From NCBI RefSeq assembly GCF_000010625.1, contig NC_010296.1, positions 2,400,001 through 2,432,000 on the forward strand: a stretch of DNA of 32,000 bases, given 5' to 3'. The notes beneath the pieces were generated by a model, which worked only from the letters and a program-made list of their open reading frames with translations, had not been told where the DNA came from and searched no databases. Position 1 is the stretch's first letter. Each line of letters starts with the position of its first letter. Origin of the DNA: Microcystis aeruginosa NIES-843 (GTDB lineage Bacteria > Cyanobacteriota > Cyanobacteriia > Cyanobacteriales > Microcystaceae). The position numbers and the translations under genes are program-made. Of this stretch, positions 24,168 to 32,000 are shown in pieces.

Positions 24168-24518
24168 TTAGCAGGGAACTAAGGCTGCTTCTCCCTCTGC
24201 GGTTCCTTGAGCGCCAACGGGTTCGGGAACTTCGAGCGGGAACTCGTCGCCGACTATTCCGGGCTGGCGTTTGATTGACCTTAGCCGATCTTCTTTCATC
24301 ACTAAGGCGGCATCACACTCGGGACAGACATGAACCTGATAGGTTTTGCCATAGGCGGCGGCTTCGATTTCTTCTACCTTTTCGGGGTATTTTAGGTAGA
24401 AAGCGATCGCTTTCTCCACCAGCCCTGACATCGATTCTTCATCGATCGCGGCTCTTATCTTTAGTTGACGATGGACTCCAGGGGGAAGGTACAGTGTGAC
24501 TTTTTGCTTGTCTTGCAT
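24168..24518 (-). CDS. Small protein with an RHH-like N-terminus and a CxxC motif; first gene of the ycf46 operon (slr0373-like by position)
   Basis: MQDKQKVTLYLPPGVHRQLKIRAAIDEESMSGLVEKAIAFYL (a CopG/RHH-like beta-helix-helix) followed by YQVHVCPECDAALV. The ATG at 24518 is preferred to the upstream start in the track. Confidence 0.65.
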   Translation of the reverse strand: MQDKQKVTLYLPPGVHRQLKIRAAIDEESMSGLVEKAIAFYLKYPEKVEEIEAAAYGKTYQVHVCPECDAALVMKEDRLRSIKRQPGIVGDEFPLEVPEPVGAQGTAEGEAALVPC

Positions 24519-24756
24519 ATCACTAAATTGGTTTACCCGGGTATGTGTCCTTACTATAACCACTGTCTTTCCCTCCTGTCAAGATGGTAAGCTGTTATGA
24601 CAGCATAATTGTAACATTTCTTTACAATTGTTGGAGAAGTGGGGTGATGGGGTGTGGGGTGTGGTGCGATTCGTTGGCTAGAAACTAGACAGTAAGACGT
24701 TTAGAGGATTAGTCGCTTGGTAAATGTAGTACCTTGATAACTTTATAACCCTACAG

Positions 24757-25447
24757 GTGCGGGTTAGTAATAACCTTAGTCCTGTCCTCTAGATGCCTAG
24801 AGTGACGGCATTTCCTGCTGCTTGAGACCGGGTACATCTGAGGTAGTGAGCGAGGAAAAAAAGCGGTATCTGATGGCCTAAATCAGAAACCCGTTGAGCC
24901 AGAACTTATGGATAGCCCTGGGGCGAAGATACGAATTAACCATCGTCAACACCCACGAGCCAAAAGGCTGACAGGCTCGAAACAAAAGTTAACAGAGTTG
25001 GGGCTGATAGCTTACACCACTATCAGTAAGGCATTCCCGTTGCTCTGTTGTGGACAGTATCATCCTAACGGTTCAACCAATGGTTATAGGGAACGAAGTA
25101 ACCCTGATTGACTCTGCCCGTTCTGGGCAGTAGGAAACCATCCGCAAGTCAATAGAGGGAGAGGATGTCCTTAAAAGCCAAGGCTTTGAGTAATATCAAA
25201 GATATGCTGACAAAGGACGGGTAACTAGGAAGTCTAAGCAACAATCAACGGTCATATACGCCCTAAAACCAACAATCTTGTCTGGTGGGGATACAGCCAA
25301 GAGGGTTGAATAGACAAGGAAATAATCATTCCCATTATTATTCTACTAATGACATTAGCCTAGTTACTCAGGAGCCGGATACGGCGAAAGTCGTAAGTCC
25401 GGTTTTGAAGCAGGGGGTGGGAAGGCGACTTCCTGCTCTACTGTAAC
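24757..25447 (+). ncRNA. ORF-less group II intron (691 nt)
   Basis: The 5' end is GTGCG (24757-24761). Domain V is at 25372-25405, GAGCCGGAUACGGC-GAAA-GUCGUAAGUCCGGUU(U), with an AGC triad, a GAAA tetraloop and a 2-nt AA bulge on the 3' strand. After a 3-nt linker, domain VI has a GCGA loop and a bulged A at 25440, 7 nt before an ..AAC 3' end at 25447. There is no ORF longer than 67 aa inside. Confidence 0.7.
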
Positions 25448-25657
25448 GGGTGTGGGGTGTGGGGTGTGGGGTGTAGGGTGTGGGGTGTGGGGTGTAGGGT
25501 GTGGGGTGTGGGGTGTGGGGTGTGGGGTGTAGGGTGTGGGGTGTGGGGTGTAGGGTGTGGGGTGTGGGGTGTGGGGTGTGGGGAAGTGGGGAAGTGGGGA
25601 AGTGGGGAAGTGGGGTGTAGGGTGTGGGGTGTAGGGTGTGGGGTGTAGGGTGTGGGG
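25448..25657. repeat. G-rich microsatellite: about 25 x GGGGTGT/GGGTGTA heptamers with 4 x GGGGAAGT octamers
   Basis: Read directly from the sequence. It starts at the nucleotide after the predicted intron 3' end. Confidence 0.95.
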
Positions 25658-25665
25658 AGAAAAAA

Positions 25666-25774
<109 letters not shown>

Positions 25775-25794
25775 AATACTGAATTGAGCAAACC

Positions 25795-26550
25795 CTAATT
25801 ACTATTGATGCGACTTAAAAAGGCTTGTAAGCGCTCGCTGTGGGGATTATTAAAGAAGGTGTCGGGATCACCTGCTTCTTCGATGACACCTTGATTAAAG
25901 AACAAAACCTTGTTAGAGACCTCCTTAGCGAACTGCATTTCGTGGGTGACGACTACCATAGTCATCCCCTCATCGGCCAATTGACGCATAACGTTTAACA
26001 CTTCCCCGACTAATTCCGGATCCAGGGCCGAAGTGGGTTCATCAAATAAAATCACCTCTGGTTTCATGCAGAGACTGCGAGCGATCGCCACTCGTTGTTT
26101 TTGTCCTCCCGATAATTGGTCGGGATAAACATCGGCTTTTGGGGCTAATCCCACCTTTTCCAGATAATGAATTGCCGTATCTTTAGCCTCATTTTCCGAG
26201 TGGTGTAACACTTGCTTGGGGGCCAACACCAAGTTTTGTAAAACGGTGAGATGGGGAAAAAGATTAAAGTGTTGAAACACCATACTTACCCGGCTGCGTA
26301 AGTTGCGGAGGACCGATTGATTTAACTTCGGGGAAGAGATGTCAATCCCCATCACCTCCAAGCGGCCACCGTTAATTGTTTCCAAACGATTGAGACAGCG
26401 TAAAAAGGTACTTTTGCCGCAGCCAGAGGGACCGATTACCGATACCACGTCCCCTTGATAAAGAGTGCCTGTAACTCCTTTAAGTACCTCTAAAGAGCCG
26501 TAACTTTTGCGTAAACCTTCACTAACAATCACAGGGGTGGTAGTGGTCAT
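25795..26550 (-). CDS. bgtA: Amino-acid ABC transporter ATP-binding protein (BgtA/GlnQ type)
   Basis: Walker [11 protein letters not shown]-loop, signature [13 protein letters not shown], Walker [13 protein letters not shown]-loop VVVTHEM. 251 aa, typical of polar amino-acid uptake ATPases. Confidence 0.9.
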   Translation of the reverse strand: MTTTTPVIVSEGLRKSYGSLEVLKGVTGTLYQGDVVSVIGPSGCGKSTFLRCLNRLETINGGRLEVMGIDISSPKLNQSVLRNLRSRVSMVFQHFNLFPHLTVLQNLVLAPKQVLHHSENEAKDTAIHYLEKVGLAPKADVYPDQLSGGQKQRVAIARSLCMKPEVILFDEPTSALDPELVGEVLNVMRQLADEGMTMVVVTHEMQFAKEVSNKVLFFNQGVIEEAGDPDTFFNNPHSERLQAFLSRINSN

Positions 26551-26561
26551 GATGTCCTCTC

Positions 26562-26575
26562 GTAAAAAATTTTAC
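26562..26575. promoter_or_regulatory. NtcA-consensus-like palindrome GTA-N8-TAC in the bgtA/bgtB divergent region
   Basis: GTAaaaaatttTAC, with a TAgttT (-10-like, TAN3T) 23 nt downstream on the plus strand at 26599-26604. The context is AT-rich, so a chance match is plausible. Confidence 0.3.
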
Positions 26576-26748
26576 ATTCTGTATAAAAGTATCCAGATTA
26601 GTTTCTGCCAGATTGTATCCTTGACGACATTTTATCAAGAGGAATAATCATAATACTCAAATAGTCTCTCTACATCTGTCTTGGGTGGGAAGTAGGACGA
26701 AATTAATAACTTAGTTGAGCGAAAAAATCAAGGAGAAACAATTAAAAA

Positions 26749-28260
26749 ATGATTAAATTTTGGCGAGGGCGGGCGGTACAGAGAGTTATCTTTGCCTTGT
26801 TAGGATTAGTCTTGGCGCTCGGATTAACTGTTATTCCGGCTTTTTCTCAGACCCCTCCTAATCCTTTTCGAGTAGCAACGGAAGCGACTTTTCCGCCCTT
26901 TGAATTTCAACAAGGGGGACAATTAACTGGGTTTGATATCGATTTAATGCGGGCGATTGGGGAGGAAGCCGATCTCAACATTGACTTTAGAAATTTACCC
27001 TTTGATGGCATTATTCCGGCTCTACAAGCGAGAACAGTGGAAGCCGCTATTAGTGGCATGACTATCACCGCCGAACGCGCCCAAGCGATTTCTTTTTCTC
27101 GACCTTATTTTAGGGCTGGTTTAGCGATCGCTGTTCGGGAAGATAATAAGACAATTAAAAATTTTGAAGACTTAAAAGGCAAAAGAATTGCCGTCCAAAT
27201 TGGCACAACGGGAGCCTTAGAAGCGACAAAAATACCGGGGGCAACAGTTAGTCAATTTGACTCGGCGGCTTTAGCTTTGCAGGAATTAATTAATGGTCGA
27301 GTTGAGGCGGTAGTTAACGATAAACCCGTGACTTTGTATGCAATTAAACAAGCGGGTTTACGGGGAGTAAAAGTTGTCGGAGAATTATTAACGGAGGAAT
27401 TCTATGGCATTGCTTTACCCAAAAATTCCCCCTATCTCCAGTTAATTAATGATGCTCTCGGTCGAGTCATAGAAAGTGGTCGGTACGATGCTATTTTTAG
27501 GCAATGGTTTGGAGAAAAACCGCCAGAATTACCTTTAGTTGCCCCAGCTTTAAAGAATTTACAGGAATCAAGTTTTAACTGGGGAGAATTATTCTATAAC
27601 CTGATTTTTAAAGGGGTTCCCTGGACAATTCTGTTAACAGTTCTGTCTTTTCTGTTCGGGTTAATCGGCGGAACTTTAGTGGCCATTGCCCTGATTTCTC
27701 CCTACAAATGGTTAAAAATAATTTGCCGCATCTATGTGGATTTCTTTCGGGGAACACCGATGCTGGTGCAATTATTCTTGATCTATTTTGGTTTGCCAGG
27801 GTTGTTCCGAGAAATTGGCTTAAATATCGACTTAGATCGTTTACCGGCGGCCCTATTTGCCCTAAGTTTAAATGTGGCGGCCTATTTAGCTGAAATTATG
27901 CGCGGCGGTATTCAATCGATCGATAATGGTCAATGGGAAGCTTGTTCTAGTCTAGGAATGTCCCCAGTGCAAACCATGCACGAGGTGATTTTTTCCCAAG
28001 CTTTTCGCCGGATGTTGCCACCCTTGGGGAATGAATTTATCACCCTAATTAAAGATACCAGTTTAGCGGCAGTAATCGGTTTTGAAGAGTTATTCCGGCA
28101 AGGTCAGTTAATGGTAGCCACTACCTATAAAGCTTTCGAGATTTATATCGCTGTTGCTGTAGTTTATTTGGTTTTAACTACCCTTTCCTCTGTGGTATTT
28201 AAGCGCTTAGAGATTTATATGGATCCCCTACATAAATCTAAACAGGAACAGAAAGCTTAG
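26749..28260 (+). CDS. bgtB: Fused periplasmic substrate-binding protein / permease of a basic amino-acid/glutamine ABC transporter (BgtB type)
   Basis: 503 aa. A signal or TM segment is followed by an SBP_bac_3-like domain (FRVATEATFPPFEF....LTGFDIDLMRAIG) and then a His/Glu/Gln/Arg permease domain with the EAA-like motif (ACSSLGMSP.QTM..VIF.QAFRRMLPPLGNEFI.LIKDTSLA). AAGGAG ribosome-binding site upstream. Confidence 0.9.
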   Translation: MIKFWRGRAVQRVIFALLGLVLALGLTVIPAFSQTPPNPFRVATEATFPPFEFQQGGQLTGFDIDLMRAIGEEADLNIDFRNLPFDGIIPALQARTVEAAISGMTITAERAQAISFSRPYFRAGLAIAVREDNKTIKNFEDLKGKRIAVQIGTTGALEATKIPGATVSQFDSAALALQELINGRVEAVVNDKPVTLYAIKQAGLRGVKVVGELLTEEFYGIALPKNSPYLQLINDALGRVIESGRYDAIFRQWFGEKPPELPLVAPALKNLQESSFNWGELFYNLIFKGVPWTILLTVLSFLFGLIGGTLVAIALISPYKWLKIICRIYVDFFRGTPMLVQLFLIYFGLPGLFREIGLNIDLDRLPAALFALSLNVAAYLAEIMRGGIQSIDNGQWEACSSLGMSPVQTMHEVIFSQAFRRMLPPLGNEFITLIKDTSLAAVIGFEELFRQGQLMVATTYKAFEIYIAVAVVYLVLTTLSSVVFKRLEIYMDPLHKSKQEQKA

Positions 28261-28493
28261 GGGCAACAGATGGGAACTGATAAGTAATAGGGCAAAATTA
28301 ACTTCTTGGTTAGGATAGGCAAGAGGCAAGAGGTAGTTAAATATGTGCATTTAATTGTGTCTAGCTACTTACTAAATCGGTTTTTAATGGTATGATTGAC
28401 TCCCGATCGAACTTTAAAAACCCACTTGCCACTTGCCACTTCTCAATCCCCACTTTCCTATCCTCTTTATAAATCTGGTTATTAAAAACTGAT

Positions 28494-28718
28494 TATTTAG
28501 GGTTTGCTGAATAAATCTAAAAACCTTGTTGGATAGGGTTTTTAGACTTGTTTTCCCTCAAAAAGTGCCGACCTTTGGAGTGATTGGGGGGAAAATTCCG
28601 GGACTTTTTCCCTGAAAATTAGGTAATTGACCCCCTGAAAATGGGTAAAACCCCACACCCCACACCCCACACCCCACACCCTGCCCCCAGGAAAAGCTTT
28701 TTCAGCAAACCCTATTTA
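28494..28718. mobile_element. MITE-like element (225 bp) with TATTTAGGGTTTGCTGAA / TTCAGCAAACCCTATTTA ends
   Basis: Terminal inverted repeats match at 16/18 positions and are the same as those of 18503-18704. The interior holds a (CCCCACA)n tract at 28651-28682. Confidence 0.55.
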
Positions 28719-28832
28719 TTCCCCCTTTTGCATGAGTGCCTCTCCTGATATGTAGCCCATACTCAACGGATTTAGTATGATAACCGATAACTCTTTCATC
28801 GCCTTCATAAAATTTAACATTAACGCCATTTT

Positions 28833-28862
28833 CTCAAAAAAATCGACCCGCCCTTAGGCGGG
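28833..28862 (-). terminator. Rho-independent terminator downstream of the FGE-domain gene fragment
   Basis: Minus strand: CCCGCC-TAAG-GGCGGG followed by TCGATTTTTTT. The stem arms at 28847-28852 and 28857-28862 are exact complements. Confidence 0.7.
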
Positions 28863-28924
28863 AAAGAAAAGAAAAGAGAAAAAATAGGGAATAAGGGTAA
28901 AAAGGGAAAAAAAGAGAAAAAGGG

Positions 28925-29171
28925 TTACAGGGTCCTCCCAGCACCGCACACCACCCGAAAACCGAGGTTGAAGTTGAGGTCGCGGCGGCCGTAGTTGTCG
29001 CGGGAAGCGGAACGGCAGTAAGGCGGATAGTAGTACCAAGAACCGCCCCGCAGAGGAGAACGATTATCATCCCCATTTTCTATCCAGACACTGCCATCCC
29101 TCGGCGCACCATGATAATTATCGTGCCAAGTATCGGCGCACCATTCCCAGACATTGCCGTGCATATCGTAG
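28925..29171 (-). pseudogene. Formylglycine-generating-enzyme (FGE-sulfatase/SUMF1) domain protein, 3' fragment cut by the IS at 29171/29172
   Basis: ..YDMHGNVWEWCADTWHDNYHGAPRDGSVWIENGDDNRSPLRGGSWYYYPPYCRSASRDNYGRRDLNFNLGFRVVC is the C-terminal FGE-sulfatase signature (DMHGNVWEW, RGGSW, CRSA.R, GFRVV). The first 7 codons of the track ORF (MRVRNVG) are read out of the IS terminal repeat. Confidence 0.85.
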
Positions 29172-31244
29172 CCCACATTCCGCACCCTCAACTGTCACAT
29201 AAGCTGTCCCCCTCCAGAGACTTGAGTAAAAATACCTAGCTGGTGAAGGTTTTCTCGGTGGCCGTTAGGGGGAGCTTGAGACCCCTAATTATGAAAAAAT
29301 AGGAATTGTTGGAAAACTTAGGCAGTGGGCTGTTCGACCATGAATCAATCAACAGAAATTGAAGTCAAAAATCTAGACCATCTGGGATTAGTAGCTGGAA
29401 TTATCGATGAAATAGGAATCGTTGAAATTATCAACGAACAAGTCTCAATTGAGCGAGGAGAAATTGTCACAGCGGGGCAAGTAGTGAAAGCAATTATCCT
29501 GAATGGATTGGGATTTGTCTCCCGAGCCTTGTATTTATTTCCTCAATTTTTTGAAGATAAAGCAACCGAACATCTGCTGGGAGAGGGCATCGAACCCAAG
29601 CACTTGAATGATGATAAAATTGGTCGAGTAATGGACAAACTTTATCAACTTAATGTTTCGGTCATTTTCCTACTCATCAGTTTAGCCGCCGTGAAAAAAT
29701 TTGGTGTAGCAACCGAGAACTCCCATTTAGATTCGACTTCTCTATCAGTAGAAGGAGAATATAAAAAGGAATACCCAACAGTAGAAATCCTGAAATCAGG
29801 AGCAGTGGGAGAAGAAATTGAAACCAGACAACAGCCAATAAAAATTACCTACGGATACTCCCGCGACCGAAGACCTGACTTAAAACAATTTATGATTGAC
29901 TTAATCGTAAGTGGGGATGGAGATGTACCTTTATTCCTGAAAGTAGGGGACGGAAATGAAGCGGACAAAGCGGTTTTTGGTCAAATCGCCCGAGAATTTA
30001 AAAAACAAGTTGACTTTGACAGTTTAATAGTCGGCGATAGCGCCCTCTATAGCAAAGAGAATTTAAAACTAATGAAAGAAATGCGTTGGTTGTCTCGAGT
30101 ACCATTAAGCATTAAAGAGGCTCAAGAGTTAGTCGATAGCATCTCAGAAAAAGAGTTAACCGATTCAGAAATACCGGGTTATTCCTGGCGGGAAACAAGC
30201 TCTAACTATGGGGGGATAGAACAAAGATGGTTGCTAGTTGAAAGTCAAGCTAGACAAGAATCAGACTTGAAAAAATTAGAGAAAAAAATCGAGCAGGAAA
30301 AGAATTCTGCCCAAGAAAAAATCCGGCAACTATCCCGAAGAGAATTTGAGAATAGAGCGGTGGCGTTGGCGATAGCCAAAGGATTATCTGACTCCTTAAA
30401 ATCTCATCAGTTAACGGAGATTAAAGTCAATCTCATTCCGCCTGAGTCCCAGGGGTCAAAACTCAAATCAAAAGACGATTTACCCTCTCAAAGCTATCAA
30501 GTTCAAGCCAAATTAGAGTTGAATTTGACCGCCATTGAGAGGCTAAAGAAACGAGCAGGACGATTCGTTTTAGCAACTAACGATTTGGAGAAACAACGAT
30601 TAAGCAGTGAGGATATACTCAAAAAATATAAAGGGCAACAAGCTCCGGAAAGAGGATTTTCTTTTCTCAAAGACCCCTGCTTTTTTGCTGACAGTGTCTT
30701 TCTCAAATCTCCCCATAGAATCGAGGTCATGGCCATGCTCATGGGCTTGTGCCTGCTGGTTTATACTATTGGTCAAAGACAACTTCGTTTAAGTTTAAAA
30801 CAGCAGGAGACGGGACTGAAAAATCCGTTGGGTAAGTTAACTGACCGACCGACGTTACGCTGGATATTTCAGTGCTTTCAAGGGATTCATCTCCTACGTA
30901 TTCAAGACAATCAAAAGATTAGCAACTTAACGGATGAGAGGCGCAACATTTTGAGATTTTTTCCCAAACCTTGCCAGGAATATTATCTCTTATCTTGACC
31001 AGATGGATTGACTTCAAGGGGTGACAAAACTTAAGCACTACTCGAACATCTCGACGCTAGATGTTAAGTCTGATTGCCCAGCCATTCTCAACAAGCACTG
31101 TTTATTGAGAATGACCGGGGGAACTCTGAAATTTTCGGCTTAGTTGCCGGCAGCTTGCCGCCAACTCACTCCTCTAGATAAGTATTTTGACTCACGCCCC
31201 TTCCTCTTTTGAGACGTTGTGACACTTAGGGTGCGGAATGTGGG
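29172..31244 (+). mobile_element. Intact IS1634-type (IS4 superfamily) insertion sequence, copy B (2073 bp)
   Basis: Perfect 17-bp terminal inverted repeats CCCACATTCCGCACCCT (29172-29188) and AGGGTGCGGAATGTGGG (31228-31244). It contains a single transposase ORF. The left 1037 bp is duplicated in inverse orientation at 1318-2354. Confidence 0.9.
29340..30998 (+). CDS. IS1634-family DDE transposase (552 aa from the ATG at 29340)
   Basis: MNQSTEIEVKNLDHLGLVAGIIDEIGIVEIIN... is a typical IS1634/IS4 N-terminus (DH.G..A.......I). It also has LDSTS (D1 region), VGDSALYS (D2 region), a long coiled insert, and FLKD..F.....FLK...RIEAL-like LKSPHRIEVMAMLMGLCLLVY. Confidence 0.85.
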   Translation: MNQSTEIEVKNLDHLGLVAGIIDEIGIVEIINEQVSIERGEIVTAGQVVKAIILNGLGFVSRALYLFPQFFEDKATEHLLGEGIEPKHLNDDKIGRVMDKLYQLNVSVIFLLISLAAVKKFGVATENSHLDSTSLSVEGEYKKEYPTVEILKSGAVGEEIETRQQPIKITYGYSRDRRPDLKQFMIDLIVSGDGDVPLFLKVGDGNEADKAVFGQIAREFKKQVDFDSLIVGDSALYSKENLKLMKEMRWLSRVPLSIKEAQELVDSISEKELTDSEIPGYSWRETSSNYGGIEQRWLLVESQARQESDLKKLEKKIEQEKNSAQEKIRQLSRREFENRAVALAIAKGLSDSLKSHQLTEIKVNLIPPESQGSKLKSKDDLPSQSYQVQAKLELNLTAIERLKKRAGRFVLATNDLEKQRLSSEDILKKYKGQQAPERGFSFLKDPCFFADSVFLKSPHRIEVMAMLMGLCLLVYTIGQRQLRLSLKQQETGLKNPLGKLTDRPTLRWIFQCFQGIHLLRIQDNQKISNLTDERRNILRFFPKPCQEYYLLS

Positions 31245-31610
31245 ATGCAAGGTCGTGTAAATCAAGGGTGTGAGGCGATGTTGGCGATCGCGGTCAGAAA
31301 TAATGAAACTATGCAGATAGTAGATGCTGTAATTGATACAGGATTTTCGGGTTTTCTCACCTTGCCGTCTGACATAATTGCTAGGTTAGGGTTTATTTGG
31401 GAGGGTCGAGATCTTGCGACATTAGGCGATGGGACTTTCTGCACGTTTGAAGTTTACATCGGGCTTGTGATCTGGGACGGGCAATATCGTGAGATTTACA
31501 TCAACGAATCAGAGACGGTTCCGTTGATTGGGATGCAGCTATTACGAGGATACGATTTGCGAATTCAGGCAGTTGAGGGTGGTTTAGTTACGATCGAAGC
31601 GTTGAAGTAG
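31245..31610 (+). CDS. Retropepsin-like (clan AA) aspartic protease, 121 aa
   Basis: VDAVIDTGFSGFLTLP carries the D-T-G active site. DGTFCTFEVYIGLVIWDGQYREIYINESETVPLIGMQLLRGYDLRI is the flap and C-terminal pattern of the bacterial retropepsin-like family. It starts at the first base after the IS right end. Confidence 0.8.
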   Translation: MQGRVNQGCEAMLAIAVRNNETMQIVDAVIDTGFSGFLTLPSDIIARLGFIWEGRDLATLGDGTFCTFEVYIGLVIWDGQYREIYINESETVPLIGMQLLRGYDLRIQAVEGGLVTIEALK

Positions 31611-31784
31611 AGTGCGATGCTGAAGGCACTGGGTAGCAGTACGCCATCGCTGTAGCAACGTGGAAGCTAGAATATATTAAGCCCTATACGTTAGATGTTG
31701 TATTGTAAAGTTTTGTAAAAAATATATGCAAATGACTGCAAACAACTGCTAATATGGTTAGTACAAGTTTACGTTGCAGTTCAC

Positions 31785-32000
31785 ATGAAACTATCAGATT
31801 ATGCTAAGAAAAAAGGGATCAGTTATGACACTGCTTGGAGAATGTGGAATCGAGGGCAGTTACAAGGAGAACGTCTTCCTACAGGAACAATTATTATTTT
31901 TGAAGATGACCGTTCTTGCGGTGAAAATAAAGTAGCTATTTATGCGCGAGTTTCTAGTTCAGAAAATCAATCTAACTTAGAGACTCAGGCAAAAAGATTG
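31785..32000 (+). CDS. IS607-family serine-recombinase transposase (TnpA), N-terminal 72 codons; runs off the right edge
   Basis: Manual translation from the ATG at 31785: MKLSDYAKKKGISYDTAWRMWNRGQLQGERLPTGTIIIFEDD..KVAIYARVSSSENQSNLETQAKRL. This is a MerR-like HTH followed by the resolvase catalytic region (YARVSS). It is missing from the ORF track because it has no stop in the window. Confidence 0.8.
   Translation, partial: MKLSDYAKKKGISYDTAWRMWNRGQLQGERLPTGTIIIFEDDRSCGENKVAIYARVSSSENQSNLETQAKRL

Noticed and set aside
28834-29076. ORFs 28834..29076 and 28854..29039 (-)
   Set aside because: They are alternative frames of the FGE fragment continuing through the polypyrimidine tract and the terminator hairpin. 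Only the 28925..29171 frame shows the FGE-sulfatase motifs.

Overview
The window looks like a cyanobacterial chromosome segment. HIP1 GCGATCGC sites are abundant, GGGGTGT heptamer tracts recur, and the IS/MITE load is heavy, which resembles Microcystis; the taxon is an inference. Conserved genes: selO, menD, a JAMM/MPN protease, a CbiG-domain protein, an LpxB-related protein, a SAM methyltransferase, the ycf46/ycf35 stress operon and the bgtA/bgtB amino-acid ABC transporter. Accessory content, left to right: (1) nested IS elements at the left edge, IS1634-type interrupted by ISKra4-type interrupted by IS630-type. (2) An intact inverted IS1634-type copy at 29172-31244. The flanks of the two copies only make sense if the about 26.8 kb between them was inverted, splitting a small-protein/retropepsin-like protease pair and an FGE-sulfatase-domain gene. 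(3) A brnTA toxin-antitoxin cassette bracketed by hairpin repeats, with a stop codon in the antitoxin. (4) A tandem array of four near-identical genes for tail-anchored coiled-coil proteins whose 33-nt (11-aa) repeat number differs between copies. (5) Convergent with that array, a roughly 1000-codon STAND (NB-ARC-like) NTPase with eight near-identical 40-aa TPR units and a C-terminal membrane anchor, interrupted by two in-frame TGA codons, one at a Walker A glycine. (6) A RelE/ParE-type TA pair. (7) A class I lysyl-tRNA synthetase cassette flanked by perfect 32-bp direct repeats. (8) A 691-nt ORF-less group II intron with clear domains V and VI in an intergenic region, abutting long heptamer microsatellites. 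(9) The start of an IS607-type element at the right edge. No rRNA, tRNA or CRISPR array was seen. Protein-family calls rest on motif recognition by eye, not on searches.
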